Positions 18,299 to 28,035 of a stretch of DNA of 64,000 nucleotides are shown here, piece by piece. The notes beneath the pieces are model-generated. The model worked only from the letters and a program-made list of their open reading frames with translations, searched no databases and had not been told where the DNA came from. Source of the DNA: Flavobacteriaceae bacterium (GTDB lineage: Bacteria; Bacteroidota; Bacteroidia; Flavobacteriales; Flavobacteriaceae); NCBI GenBank assembly GCA_038134285.1, contig JAYPUW010000005.1:77672-141671 (forward strand), read 5' to 3'. Both the position numbers and the translations under genes were made by a program. The first letter of the stretch is position 1, and each line of letters starts with the position of its first letter.

Positions 18299-20635
18299 AT
18301 GAGTCGAGCAGCAAAAACAACCACAAAAAAAGCCAAGTTTCGCATCGTTTCTGGGGCCTTACTTTTCTTTTTTGGATTAGCGAGTCTTATCGCAAGCATT
18401 TCGTTTTTGTTACACTGGAAAACCGATCTCAGCGCCGTAGAGGCCATAGGAAATACCTCACAAATCGTTCAAAACACACTCAACCATCTAGGAGTATGGA
18501 TCGGTTATATTTTGGTTTACAGAGGGTTTGGTATTTCAGCTTTGCTTATTCCTTTGACTGTATCTATAAGTGGCTTCTCTCTTTTTTTTGATACACTCAC
18601 TCTTAAGCGCTTTCTGAATTGGTGGACAACAGCTTTGTTTTGGATGCTGTGGATTACCTTTTTGTTCTATCTCATTTTAGAATCAGGATCTATCTTTTCG
18701 GGTGTCGTAGGTTTTGAAGTTGGAGAGCTGATTTCCAATTATATAGGTAGATTAGGTTTACTCTTTGCTTTATTATTCTCTGCCATCGTATATGCTGTAA
18801 TTGCATGGTCGTGGACCCCTCAAATGAATTTTCCGAGGGTACTTTTTTTATTGCCAAAGATCAATCTACCCTCTTTAAAGAGAAAAAACAATCTTAATGA
18901 GACCTTTATAGAAGACGACTCAGACTGGGGAGAAATTAGTGAGCCGATCGATAATGAAGAATCCCCTCTTCAAGAGGAATACACCTTTGAGGCTACTTCA
19001 GCAGAGAGTGCACCGACACCTCAAATTTCCGTTGAAACTACAGCCGAAGAGGTGGCCTTAGAAATTAATGTGTTAGAAGAGGACGAATTTGAAAAGAAGT
19101 CAAAACAACTTGTTGAGGATTTTGGAGAATTTGATCCTACCCTTGAACTAAGCAAATACCAGGCGCCTCATATTGACTTATTAGATAAGCACGGAGGAGA
19201 CCAATCACAAATAGAAATTGACAAAGAAGAGCTTGAGGCCAATAAGAATAGAATTGTAGACACCCTAAATAATTACAATATAACCATTGAGCGCATAACT
19301 GCTACCGTGGGGCCAACAGTTACCCTTTATGAGATTGTACCTGAAGCAGGTATTCGCATTTCAAAAATTAAGAATCTAGAGGACGATATAGCGCTATCGC
19401 TGTCAGCCCTTGGTATTCGCATAATAGCTCCTATTCCTGGTAAAGGGACTATCGGAATTGAGGTACCCAATAAGCATGCGACTATTGTAAGTATGCGTTC
19501 GGTCATCGCTTCGAAAAAGTTCAGCACTGCACCCTTTGACCTTCCTATAGCTTTTGGTAAAACAATCTCTAATGAGACCTTCGTGGTTGATCTCGCCAAA
19601 ATGCCTCACCTATTGATGGCTGGGGCGACCGGACAAGGAAAAAGTGTGGGACTCAATGCCGTACTTACTTCATTGCTCTACAAGAAACACCCGGCAGAAA
19701 TCAAGTTCGTACTCGTCGATCCGAAAAAGGTGGAATTGACACTTTACAATAAAATAGAACGTCATTTTCTCGCTAAACTTCCCAACTCAGAAGAGGCCAT
19801 TATTACTGACACTAAGAAGGTAATTAACACGCTGAATTCTCTTTGTTTAGAGATGGATGATCGTTACGATCTGCTTAAGGCAGCAATGGTACGCAATATC
19901 AAGGAGTACAACGCTAAGTTTGTAAAGCGTAAACTCAACCCTAATGACGGTCATCGCTTTCTACCCTATTTAGTCTTGGTGATCGACGAGTTTGCAGATT
20001 TGATTATGACCGCGGGTAAAGAAGTTGAAACCCCGATCGCACGCTTAGCACAACTCGCTCGCGCTATTGGGATTCACTTAATTATCGCTACGCAAAGGCC
20101 TTCTGTGAATGTGATTACGGGAATCATTAAAGCCAATTTCCCAGCACGATTAGCCTTCAGAGTGACTTCAAAGATCGATTCACGAACCATTCTAGACGCT
20201 TCTGGGGCAGATCAACTTATCGGTAGAGGTGACATGCTGTACACGCAGGGAAATGAAATGATCAGATTGCAGTGTGCATTCGTTGACACTCCTGAAGTAG
20301 AGAAAATCACCGACTACATTGGTTCACAACGTGCTTATGCAGACGCTTACTTGCTTCCAGAATACGAGGCAGATGAAACTTCTTCAATGCTGAGTGATTC
20401 TTTAGACGAACGCGATCCCTTATTTAAAGAAGCAGCAGAAATAGTTGTTAGTGCTCAACAGGGATCTACCTCACTAATCCAGCGCAAAATGAAGATTGGG
20501 TATAATCGAGCAGGCAGAATCATTGATCAACTTGAAGCTGCTGGAATTGTAGGACCCTTTGAAGGTTCTCGCGCAAGACAGGTATTATTTAAAGATCTCA
20601 CAAGCTTACAATCATTTTTCGACACAGAATCTTAA
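18299..20635 (+). CDS. ftsK: DNA translocase FtsK
   Basis: 778 aa. An N-terminal membrane domain and an acidic linker precede the motor domain (Walker A GATGQGKS, VIDEFADL, ATQRPS). A C-terminal gamma winged-helix domain is present (LIQRKMKIGYNRAGRIIDQLE). Confidence 0.92.
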   Translation: MSRAAKTTTKKAKFRIVSGALLFFFGLASLIASISFLLHWKTDLSAVEAIGNTSQIVQNTLNHLGVWIGYILVYRGFGISALLIPLTVSISGFSLFFDTLTLKRFLNWWTTALFWMLWITFLFYLILESGSIFSGVVGFEVGELISNYIGRLGLLFALLFSAIVYAVIAWSWTPQMNFPRVLFLLPKINLPSLKRKNNLNETFIEDDSDWGEISEPIDNEESPLQEEYTFEATSAESAPTPQISVETTAEEVALEINVLEEDEFEKKSKQLVEDFGEFDPTLELSKYQAPHIDLLDKHGGDQSQIEIDKEELEANKNRIVDTLNNYNITIERITATVGPTVTLYEIVPEAGIRISKIKNLEDDIALSLSALGIRIIAPIPGKGTIGIEVPNKHATIVSMRSVIASKKFSTAPFDLPIAFGKTISNETFVVDLAKMPHLLMAGATGQGKSVGLNAVLTSLLYKKHPAEIKFVLVDPKKVELTLYNKIERHFLAKLPNSEEAIITDTKKVINTLNSLCLEMDDRYDLLKAAMVRNIKEYNAKFVKRKLNPNDGHRFLPYLVLVIDEFADLIMTAGKEVETPIARLAQLARAIGIHLIIATQRPSVNVITGIIKANFPARLAFRVTSKIDSRTILDASGADQLIGRGDMLYTQGNEMIRLQCAFVDTPEVEKITDYIGSQRAYADAYLLPEYEADETSSMLSDSLDERDPLFKEAAEIVVSAQQGSTSLIQRKMKIGYNRAGRIIDQLEAAGIVGPFEGSRARQVLFKDLTSLQSFFDTES

Positions 20636-20636
20636 T

Positions 20637-21290
20637 ATGAAATTGACCTCAATTTATCATGCACTAGCGGCATTACTAACTTTGACCTTTTCAAATGTAA
20701 ATGCTCAAGGCTCGAGCCTTAAGGCAGAAGCATTACTTGATAGCGTTTACAGTAATATGTCACGTTACAACCATATTACACTCAAATTTGAATATTTATT
20801 AGAGAATAAAGAGGCCGACATTCGACAAAGCACACCCGGAAAGTTATACATCTCAGGTTCAAAGTATAGGCTAGAGCTCTTTGGCAGCACTCAACTCTTT
20901 GACGGATCCACAACTTACAGCATCATTCCTGAAAATCAAGAAGTTGTCATCACTCCAGCATCTCACACAGATGAAACGGGTCAAATTAATCCCTCTGAAC
21001 TCTTTTCGTTCTATAAAGAAGGGTACCGTATTGAAGAAGACGTTGAATGGTCTAGGAATGAAGCTGAGGTGGTCCTATACCCTATCGATTCAGAAGCGGA
21101 GATCGAAAAGGTAATCGCTAAAATTGACACTCTCAATTACCGCATAAATACTTTGATACAAATGGGCTTTAATCAAACCCAGACTACCATAAAGGTAACT
21201 CAATACGACACCAATTCTTCAATAGACCGGAGCCTATTTGTTTTTGACAAGTCAGCATACGAAAGCCAAGGATATTACATCATCCAATAA
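20637..21290 (+). CDS. lolA: LolA-like outer-membrane lipoprotein carrier protein
   Basis: The internal Met at 20637 gives a signal peptide (MKLTSIYHALAALLTLTFSNVNAQ) and starts 1 nt after the ftsK stop. The track start 20559 would overlap ftsK. The ftsK-lolA neighbourhood is conserved, and the size fits (about 217 aa). Confidence 0.65.
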   Translation: MKLTSIYHALAALLTLTFSNVNAQGSSLKAEALLDSVYSNMSRYNHITLKFEYLLENKEADIRQSTPGKLYISGSKYRLELFGSTQLFDGSTTYSIIPENQEVVITPASHTDETGQINPSELFSFYKEGYRIEEDVEWSRNEAEVVLYPIDSEAEIEKVIAKIDTLNYRINTLIQMGFNQTQTTIKVTQYDTNSSIDRSLFVFDKSAYESQGYYIIQ

Positions 21291-21296
21291 GAAAAG

Positions 21297-22793
21297 ATGC
21301 GGATTTTAGACCGATACCTGCTAAACCAATTCGTTCGCACCTTTTTTAGTGTTTTTCTTATCGTACTCTTAATTTTCATTTTTCAAGCGATTTGGCTTTT
21401 TATTGACGAACTCGCAGGAAAGGATTTAGACCTAGAAATAATAGGTAAGTTTCTGCTCTATTATATGCCAACTATCATTGATGATGTACTACCATTGGCA
21501 GTATTAGTCACCTCTATTCTGACCTATGGTTCATTTGCTGAGCACTACGAATTTGCCGCCATTAAAGCGTCCGGAATCTCTTTTTTAAGAGCAATGCGCA
21601 GCACCCTTGTATTTTCGGTCTTACTAGGAATAGCCGCATTTTTTGTCTCAAATAATTTGATCCCTGCTGCTGAGCAGAAAATTTTCAACCTCAGACGAAA
21701 TATTGCAAAAGTAAAGCCCTCAGCAGCGTTAGTCGAAGGTATTTTCACTGACATTGAAGGAACGAATATGAACATGAAGGTGCGTGAAAAATACGGTGAA
21801 AATGATCGTTATCTAAGGGATGTTCTCATTCATCAGAAGGCGACAAATCAACAGAATATTGTAGTGATTAGTGCCAAAGAAGGTGAATTCATAAGTAGTA
21901 AAGAGTCTGAACTTTTAAAGCTCGTATTATACAACGGATACTACTATGAAGATATACTGTTAAATAAACCCGAAGATATCAAAAAACAACCCTTTGCAAG
22001 AGCGTCGTTTGATACCTACATCAAATTTATTGATCTCTCAAGCCTAAATGAAATTGATCTTGAGGAAGAATCTTCTATTACTACAGATAAGATGAAACCA
22101 ACACGACAGCTCCTCAGGGACATCGACTCTTTAGAAATAGACACTAAAGAACAGCTCGTACAATATTCCGAATCTACAATGAGGCGTATGGCGGCTACAT
22201 TCAGACTAAAAGAGCGTACCGAAGATGATGATGAGGTCGCGTACCACGAGGAATGGATCTCGCAATACCTTCCAGTAACTGACCGCGATTCTTTATACTT
22301 TAAGGATTATGCGCGGGCTGAACTCCTTTCTGTTCTGCCCACTTATCAACGCTCAAGTGCAATTAGATCAGCAACCAATCAATTAGACAACCTCAGGATC
22401 ATAGCCTCAACCAAATCGACAGAGATGGGGAAGCGATTTGAATTCTATAACCGCCATATCATATCTCTTCATAAAAAGTTCGCCCTTGCTCTTTCATGCA
22501 TACTCTTGTTTTTTGTTGGAGCCCCGATTGGAGCACTTATTCGAAAAGGAGGTCTCGGCTTACCAATGGTGATTGCCATTGTATTGTTCTTGAGTTATTA
22601 CTTCTTAGGGGTCTTTGCAGAGAATTATGCAAAAAGAGGAAATATCCACCCTATTATCGGAGCCTGGTTTTCTACCTTTGTCATGCTTCCTGTAAGTATA
22701 TATGTCACTCGAATAGCAGTACTCGACAGAGGAATCAAAGGAGGCTCTTTGAGTTTTAAATACCTCTGGGATCTTCTTAGAAAAAGACCATAA
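21297..22793 (+). CDS. LptF/LptG-family permease (LPS export)
   Basis: 498 aa. The N-terminus (ILDRYLLNQFVRTFF), the N- and C-terminal transmembrane bundles and a large central periplasmic domain are typical of the long Bacteroidetes LptF/G (YjgP/YjgQ) proteins. Confidence 0.75.
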   Translation: MRILDRYLLNQFVRTFFSVFLIVLLIFIFQAIWLFIDELAGKDLDLEIIGKFLLYYMPTIIDDVLPLAVLVTSILTYGSFAEHYEFAAIKASGISFLRAMRSTLVFSVLLGIAAFFVSNNLIPAAEQKIFNLRRNIAKVKPSAALVEGIFTDIEGTNMNMKVREKYGENDRYLRDVLIHQKATNQQNIVVISAKEGEFISSKESELLKLVLYNGYYYEDILLNKPEDIKKQPFARASFDTYIKFIDLSSLNEIDLEEESSITTDKMKPTRQLLRDIDSLEIDTKEQLVQYSESTMRRMAATFRLKERTEDDDEVAYHEEWISQYLPVTDRDSLYFKDYARAELLSVLPTYQRSSAIRSATNQLDNLRIIASTKSTEMGKRFEFYNRHIISLHKKFALALSCILLFFVGAPIGALIRKGGLGLPMVIAIVLFLSYYFLGVFAENYAKRGNIHPIIGAWFSTFVMLPVSIYVTRIAVLDRGIKGGSLSFKYLWDLLRKRP

Positions 22794-22796
22794 CTA

Positions 22797-23909
22797 ATGA
22801 ATTCTAACTTAGATAGCATACGTTCAGCCATTGATGCCATTAAAAATGGTGAAATCATAATCATTGTAGACGATGAGAATCGCGAGAACGAAGGTGATTT
22901 TGTGATGGCCGCAGAAAAGGTCTCTCCTGAAGCTATAAACTTTATGTCAAAATACGGCCGAGGCCTTATCTGCGCACCTCTCACCGGAACAAGGTGTGAG
23001 CAACTTGGCCTTTCTAAAATGGTCAACGACAATACCGATCCTATGAAAACTGCATTCACGGTTTCAGTAGACCTTAAAGGAAACGGTGTGACTACGGGTA
23101 TCTCAGCGAGCGACCGATCAAAGACAATCATGGCTCTTACCCAAAATGAAACAAAACCAGAGGATCTTACGCGTCCAGGTCATATTTTTCCTTTGATTGC
23201 AAAAGAAGGGGGTGTACTGCGAAGAACAGGACACACCGAGGCAGCGATTGACATGGCAAAGCTAGCAGGCCTATCTCCTGCTGGTGTAATCGTTGAAATA
23301 ATGAATGAGGATGGAAGTATGGCTCGATTTGACGACCTGCTGAAAGTGCGAGATCAATTCAATCTAAAGATGATAAGTATTGAAGACCTTGTCGCATACC
23401 GCATGATGAATGACAGTCTCATCGAACGTGTTTTTACCAAGAATATTGATACGATTTACGGTAACTTTTCATTGACCACCTATAGACAAACCACTAACAA
23501 CTCTATTCACGTGGCGCTGACAAGAGGTATTTGGAAGAGAGGAGAATCTGTGCTTACGCGTATTCAACCCTACGACAGCGCTATGTCTTTTTTTTCGTTT
23601 TTAAAAGGAGATCAAAATAAGAGTCTAGAGCGGATCTTTAAACTCGCCGCTGATGCAGATAAAGTGGCATTACTCTTTATCAACAAACAGTCAAACGCTT
23701 CAGATTTTCAATATCATATTCAAGAGCTCATTGGATCAAATAAGAACGAAGAAATCAGAAATATGGACGACAAGGACTTTGGTATAGGTGCACAAATCTT
23801 ACACGATCTCAATTTGGTTTCTCTGCGTTTAATGTCTAATTCTTCACCTATACACCGTGTAGGACTTAGCGGTTATGGCCTTCAGATTGATGGGGTTCAA
23901 CCCTATTAA
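22797..23909 (+). CDS. ribB: 3,4-dihydroxy-2-butanone-4-phosphate synthase (RibB) fused to a GTP cyclohydrolase II-like C-terminal domain that lacks the zinc cysteines
   Basis: The N-terminal DHBP synthase motifs are intact (DDENRENEGD, RPGHIFPL, RRTGHTEAA). The C-terminal approx 165 aa align by eye with RibA (GIGAQILHDLNLVSLRLMSN vs the NNPKK region) but contain no cysteine at all. Confidence 0.85.
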   Translation: MNSNLDSIRSAIDAIKNGEIIIIVDDENRENEGDFVMAAEKVSPEAINFMSKYGRGLICAPLTGTRCEQLGLSKMVNDNTDPMKTAFTVSVDLKGNGVTTGISASDRSKTIMALTQNETKPEDLTRPGHIFPLIAKEGGVLRRTGHTEAAIDMAKLAGLSPAGVIVEIMNEDGSMARFDDLLKVRDQFNLKMISIEDLVAYRMMNDSLIERVFTKNIDTIYGNFSLTTYRQTTNNSIHVALTRGIWKRGESVLTRIQPYDSAMSFFSFLKGDQNKSLERIFKLAADADKVALLFINKQSNASDFQYHIQELIGSNKNEEIRNMDDKDFGIGAQILHDLNLVSLRLMSNSSPIHRVGLSGYGLQIDGVQPY

Positions 23910-24658
23910 AAGAACCAGAGTTTCACAGCCATCAAAACTACCATTACAAGTAGAGCGGCGCGAATAAATCCTTCGCCCTTCTTGACAGATAGTCGAGCAG
24001 CAATCCACCCTCCGACCATATTACCTAAAGCTAACAATAGGCCTATTAGCCAATCGATCAAATCATTCCAAATGAAAACGGCAAGCGCTGCACTTGTGTA
24101 AATCGCTGTCACTAAAACTTTAGTAGCGTTAGTTCTTATAAGGTCGAGTCCATTGAAGAGGTTTAACCAGAGGATCATTATTAATCCCATACCGGCATTG
24201 ATAAAACCACCATATACTCCTAACAATAAAAATACAATTAAAGTAAACCAAAGCGGCTTTCCGCTTAATCGCTCTGCACTGATCGATCGTTTAATTCTAG
24301 GCTGAAAGATCATCAGCACCACAGTAATAATCATGATGATCGCCAACACTTTGTTAAACAATCTCTTGTCAAACTCAATGGCAATAATAGCCCCAAAAAC
24401 AGCCCCAATGGTTGCTGCCAATCCTAGATAAAGGCTAAAAGGCATTACACTTACCTTTTTGCTCTTAAAACCTGCGGCGGCAGAAAAGGCAGATAGCATA
24501 ATTCCAAGGCGATTTGTAGCGTTTGCAACTGTAGAGTCAAGTCCCACAAGAATCATTGAGGGTAAGGTTATAATCGATCCTCCTCCGGCCATTGTGTTTA
24601 TAAAGCCCGCGATAAATCCCACCACGGTAATAAGCAGCCATTGAAGTTCTTCGGTCAT
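23906..24658 (-). CDS. TauE/SafE-family (sulfite/anion exporter-like) membrane protein
   Basis: 250 aa with about 8 transmembrane segments. The glycine-rich repeated halves (GFINTMAGGGS, GGFINAGMG) are typical of TauE/SafE (DUF81). Its stop overlaps the ribB stop by 4 nt (convergent). Confidence 0.75.
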   Translation of the reverse strand: MTEELQWLLITVVGFIAGFINTMAGGGSIITLPSMILVGLDSTVANATNRLGIMLSAFSAAAGFKSKKVSVMPFSLYLGLAATIGAVFGAIIAIEFDKRLFNKVLAIIMIITVVLMIFQPRIKRSISAERLSGKPLWFTLIVFLLLGVYGGFINAGMGLIMILWLNLFNGLDLIRTNATKVLVTAIYTSAALAVFIWNDLIDWLIGLLLALGNMVGGWIAARLSVKKGEGFIRAALLVMVVLMAVKLWFF

Positions 24659-24706
24659 GCACCAAAGATACCTTCATTTGAGTATATTTAGTTCAAATAG
24701 CTAATC

Positions 24707-25585
24707 ATGAAAATTTGGAACCTCTTTATTCTTTTATTTCTATTAAGTGCATGCGGTACTTCGACCACAACTGATTTAGACAATGACTTAGGCCTTATGC
24801 TCTATACGATTAGAGAAGAAATGAAAGAAAATCCCAAAGAGAAACTAAATCGTGTTGCTGAGATAGGCTACGATTATGTTGAATCGGCTGGATATGAAAA
24901 TGGACTTTATTACGGTATGACCCCCACCGATTTTCATGCTTACATGAAATCGATAGACCTTAAACCCATGAGTTCACACCAAGGTTCTATGACCTACGAA
25001 AACGCTGATCAAGAGATCGCAGACGCAGTTGCCGCTGGATTTAAGTTTGTCGTTATCCCTGTGCCCCCAATGGGTATGTATACATACAACTTTGAAACCC
25101 GTACTATGGGAATGAAAGGGAGTCCAGAAGAGCTCGTGGCCTTTTTAAATACGGTAGGAGAAAAAGCAGCCAATGCGGGATTGTCTCTTTTATACCATAA
25201 TCACGATTTTGAATTTAAACCAAACGAAGATGGGCTAATGTTAGCGGAATACATTATTGAAAACACAGATCCTCGCTTTGTCAACTTTCAGCTTGATTTG
25301 TATTGGGCGACTGTTGCTGGAGCCGATATTAAAGGCTTTATCAACAATCACCAAGGCCGCATTAAGGCATTTCATGTGAAGGATATGAACGAAGATGGCA
25401 GCATGGCTCCTGTGGGTCAAGGTAACATTGACTTTGTGGATATTTTCACGCTTCGCGATAAAGCCGGATTAGAGTTTTTTGTAGCCGAACAAGATTATAC
25501 CGGTGAAATCAGTCCAATGGAAGCTATTGTGATTTCATACAAAGGACTAGAGTTTATTACAGAGAGCTTTAAAGTGGAAGACTAA
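24707..25585 (+). CDS. Sugar phosphate isomerase/epimerase (xylose isomerase-like TIM barrel), lipoprotein
   Basis: 292 aa with a lipoprotein signal (FLLSAC). TIM-barrel family pattern is present (YHNHDFEF, FQLDLYW, FHVKD, VAEQD). Confidence 0.65.
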   Translation: MKIWNLFILLFLLSACGTSTTTDLDNDLGLMLYTIREEMKENPKEKLNRVAEIGYDYVESAGYENGLYYGMTPTDFHAYMKSIDLKPMSSHQGSMTYENADQEIADAVAAGFKFVVIPVPPMGMYTYNFETRTMGMKGSPEELVAFLNTVGEKAANAGLSLLYHNHDFEFKPNEDGLMLAEYIIENTDPRFVNFQLDLYWATVAGADIKGFINNHQGRIKAFHVKDMNEDGSMAPVGQGNIDFVDIFTLRDKAGLEFFVAEQDYTGEISPMEAIVISYKGLEFITESFKVED

Positions 25586-25610
25586 ATAGATCTCGCATTG
25601 AAATAAAAAA

Positions 25611-25636
25611 AGCGCCTCTAGGGCGCTTTCTCTTTT
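25611..25636 (+). terminator. Rho-independent terminator after the isomerase gene
   Basis: A stem AGCGCC / GGCGCT closes a 5-nt loop. It is followed by TTTCTCTTTTT and preceded by an A-run. Confidence 0.7.
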
Positions 25637-25811
25637 TAATACTATTAGAGTTGCTTTTTAGCGAGATAAAAATCGATTTTCTTGATGTGAGATTAAGCGC
25701 TAATGCGCTTGATCCGCAAAGAGAGATCCTACTCCCAAAAAGCCCTCTCGCAGCACTTCGTGCAGCGGTGCGCTTCTTCTTTTCTTTCCTCTGCTGAACA
25801 GGCTCAAGAGA

Positions 25812-25850
25812 CTGAAAAGAAAAAGCCCTCTCACCAATTGGTGTGAGGGC
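25812..25850 (-). terminator. Rho-independent terminator downstream of tRNA-Ser
   Basis: The - strand reads GCCCTCACACC AATT GGTGAGAGGGC (11-bp stem, one mismatch) followed by TTTTTCTTTT. Confidence 0.6.
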
Positions 25851-25860
25851 TTATTGGGAG

Positions 25861-25945
25861 CGGAGAGAGAGGGATTCGAACCCCCGGAGGTATTACCCTC
25901 AACGGTTTTCAAGACCGCCGCATTCGACCGCTCTGCCATCTCTCC
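25861..25945 (-). tRNA. tRNA-Ser (anticodon UGA)
   Basis: The reverse complement is GGAGAGATGGCAGAGCGGTCGAATGCGGCGGTCTTGAAAACCGTTGAGGGTAATACCTCCGGGGGTTCGAATCCCTCTCTCTCCG. It has a 7-bp acceptor stem, anticodon loop CTTGAAA, the long variable arm typical of Ser, a TTCGAAT T-loop and discriminator G. CCA is not encoded. Confidence 0.95.
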
Positions 25946-25955
25946 TATTGGGGGG

Positions 25956-25963
25956 CAAATATA
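25956..25963 (-). promoter_or_regulatory. Candidate -7 promoter box (TATATTTG) for tRNA-Ser
   Basis: A perfect TAnnTTTG on the - strand ends 10 nt upstream of the mature tRNA 5' end. Confidence 0.4.
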
Positions 25964-25980
25964 AATCGATTTAATCATAA

Positions 25981-26012
25981 AATAAAAAATGCCGCACAAA
26001 AAAGCGCGGCAT
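25981..26012 (-). terminator. Rho-independent terminator after dnaK
   Basis: The - strand reads ATGCCGC (stem), a 10-nt loop, GCGGCAT, then TTTTTATTTT. It lies 25 nt downstream of the dnaK stop. Confidence 0.65.
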
Positions 26013-26036
26013 TTATGTTCAAATGAAAAAGTTCGA

Positions 26037-27944
26037 TTATTTCACCTCTTCAAAATCCACGTCTTCTACATTGTCAGACGTGTCTTGCGAAGCTCCCGCA
26101 TCTGCTGAACCACCTTCGTTTTCTGGAGAACCAGCGGCATCAGCTTGAGCCTTATACATTTCCTCAGAAGCATTTTTCCAAGCTTCGTTGATAGCGTCTA
26201 AGGCAGGCTTTATAGCAGCAACATCTTTAGATTCAAAGGCCTTCTTAAGGCCTTCAAGTCCTTCTGTAATTAGTTTCTTCTTGTCTTCAGACAATTTGTC
26301 TCCATATTCAGACAATTGCTTTTCAGTTTGGAAAATCATTTGATCCGCCTGGTTTAAGGTTTCAGCATTCTCTTTAGCAAGTTTATCCGCCTCTGCATTT
26401 GCCTCTGCTTCTGCCTTCATCTTCTCGATTTCTTCTTGAGTTAAACCTGAAGACGCTTCGATTCTGATGTCTTGAGACTTACCTGTAGCCTTGTCCGTTG
26501 CAGAAACCTTTATAATACCATTTGCATCAATATCAAAGGTTACTTCAATTTGAGGTGTTCCTCTTGGTGCAGGCGGAATTCCGTCTAAGTGGAAGCGTCC
26601 GATCGTCTTGTTATCAGCGGCCATTGGTCGCTCACCCTGAATCACGTGGATTTCTACTGAAGGCTGATTGTCTGCAGCAGTTGAGAATACCTGTGATTTC
26701 TTTGTTGGAATAGTTGTATTTGATTCAATCAATTTAGTTGCTACACCTCCCATGGTCTCAATTCCGAGCGATAAAGGCGTTACATCTAAGAGAAGAACGT
26801 CTTTGACATCACCTGTCAATACTCCTCCTTGGATTGCAGCACCAACAGCTACAACCTCATCAGGGTTCACTCCTTTTGAAGGAGCTTTTCCGAAGAATTT
26901 TTCTACTGCTGCTTGAACGGCAGGAATACGTGTTGATCCTCCTACTAAAATAATTTCGTCTATATCACTTTTTGAAAGACCAGCAGCCTTTAATGCAGAC
27001 TCGCAAGGTTTAATCGTGCGCAATACTAAATCTGCAATAAGTTGTTCAAACTTCGCCTTAGACAGCGTACGAACAAGGTGCTTAGGTCCTGAAGCTGTTG
27101 CTGTTACATAAGGAAGGTTGATTTCTGTTTGGTTTGAAGATGAAAGCTCGATTTTAGCCTTTTCAGCCGCTTCGCGCAAACGTTGCAGTGCCATTGAATC
27201 TTGACGAAGATCAATAGACTCGTCGGCCTTAAATTCCTCTGCCAACCAGTCGATGATTTTTTGATCAACGTCGTCTCCTCCTAAATGCGTATCACCATCC
27301 GTAGCCAGAACCTCAAAAACTCCGTCTCCTAATTCAAGAATTGAAACGTCATGTGTTCCTCCTCCGAAGTCAAATACTACAATTTTCTGGTCGCTTTTTT
27401 TCTTATCCAACCCGTAGGCTAATGAAGCTGCAGTAGGCTCGTTAATAATACGTTCTACGGTTAGTCCAGCAATTTCTCCCGCCTCTTTGGTAGCTTGACG
27501 CTGGGCATCGTTAAAGTAAGCCGGAACGGTAATTACAGCTCGTGTTACCGATTGCCCAAGGTAATCTTCAGCAGTCTTCTTCATTTTCTGAAGAATCATT
27601 GCCGATAATTCTTGAGGCGTATAAAGGCGGTCGTCAATTTTTACTCTCGGCGTATCGTTATCTCCCTTTACCACTTCATAAGGAACGCGTCCTACTTCTT
27701 TAGAAGATTCTGAGAACTTGTTACCCATAAAACGCTTAATCGAATAAATGGTTTTATTGGGATTGGTTACCGCCTGCCTTTTTGCCGGATCACCCACCTT
27801 TATTTCTCCTCCTTCAACGAATGCGATCATTGAAGGAGTGGTTCTCTTTCCTTCAGCGTTTGGAATAACAACAGGGTCATTACCTTCCATTACTGAAACA
27901 CAAGAGTTTGTGGTTCCTAAGTCGATACCTATAATTTTGCTCAT
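26037..27944 (-). CDS. dnaK: Molecular chaperone DnaK (Hsp70)
   Basis: 635 aa. Hsp70 signatures are present ([36 protein letters not shown]) with an acidic C-terminus. Confidence 0.97.
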   Translation of the reverse strand: MSKIIGIDLGTTNSCVSVMEGNDPVVIPNAEGKRTTPSMIAFVEGGEIKVGDPAKRQAVTNPNKTIYSIKRFMGNKFSESSKEVGRVPYEVVKGDNDTPRVKIDDRLYTPQELSAMILQKMKKTAEDYLGQSVTRAVITVPAYFNDAQRQATKEAGEIAGLTVERIINEPTAASLAYGLDKKKSDQKIVVFDFGGGTHDVSILELGDGVFEVLATDGDTHLGGDDVDQKIIDWLAEEFKADESIDLRQDSMALQRLREAAEKAKIELSSSNQTEINLPYVTATASGPKHLVRTLSKAKFEQLIADLVLRTIKPCESALKAAGLSKSDIDEIILVGGSTRIPAVQAAVEKFFGKAPSKGVNPDEVVAVGAAIQGGVLTGDVKDVLLLDVTPLSLGIETMGGVATKLIESNTTIPTKKSQVFSTAADNQPSVEIHVIQGERPMAADNKTIGRFHLDGIPPAPRGTPQIEVTFDIDANGIIKVSATDKATGKSQDIRIEASSGLTQEEIEKMKAEAEANAEADKLAKENAETLNQADQMIFQTEKQLSEYGDKLSEDKKKLITEGLEGLKKAFESKDVAAIKPALDAINEAWKNASEEMYKAQADAAGSPENEGGSADAGASQDTSDNVEDVDFEEVK

Positions 27945-28027
27945 AACTAAATGATTACTTTTTTCTTTCCTTTAGACAATCATTATGCCAGACCGAAATT
28001 CCTGACAAGCTGTCAGAGTATTTGAAA

Positions 28028-28035
28028 TATCTTTG
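28028..28035 (+). promoter_or_regulatory. Candidate -7 promoter box (TATCTTTG) for the serine dehydratase gene
   Basis: A perfect TAnnTTTG ends 14 nt upstream of the ATG at 28050. Confidence 0.35.

Noticed and set aside
22625-23131. 168-aa antisense ORF spanning the lptF/G-ribB junction, the longest shadow ORF in the window
   Set aside because: It lies opposite two well-supported genes. Its composition is serine, proline and isoleucine rich and low in complexity, with no motif. This is typical of an out-of-phase shadow ORF. The same reasoning applies to 12736..13110, 13117..13443, 55249..55587, 10818..11126 and the other short overlapping ORFs in the track.
25700-25999. 99-aa ORF on the minus strand in the dnaK-isomerase gap
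   Set aside because: It runs straight through the tRNA-Ser gene and its terminator hairpins. Its translation is low-complexity. I treat it as an artefact of the structured non-coding region.
25586-26036. Integrated mobile element at the tRNA-Ser gene
   Set aside because: The 13-nt direct repeat flanks only about 83 nt. No integrase, excisionase or cargo gene is present, and the repeat does not include the tRNA 3' end. At most it is a small scar.
28008-28015. Shared 8-mer AGCTGTCA upstream of both dnaK (28008-28015) and clpB (39912-39919) as a common heat-shock motif
   Set aside because: For two spacers of about 100 and 200 nt searched on both strands, one shared 8-mer is expected at roughly even odds by chance. 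That is not evidence on its own.
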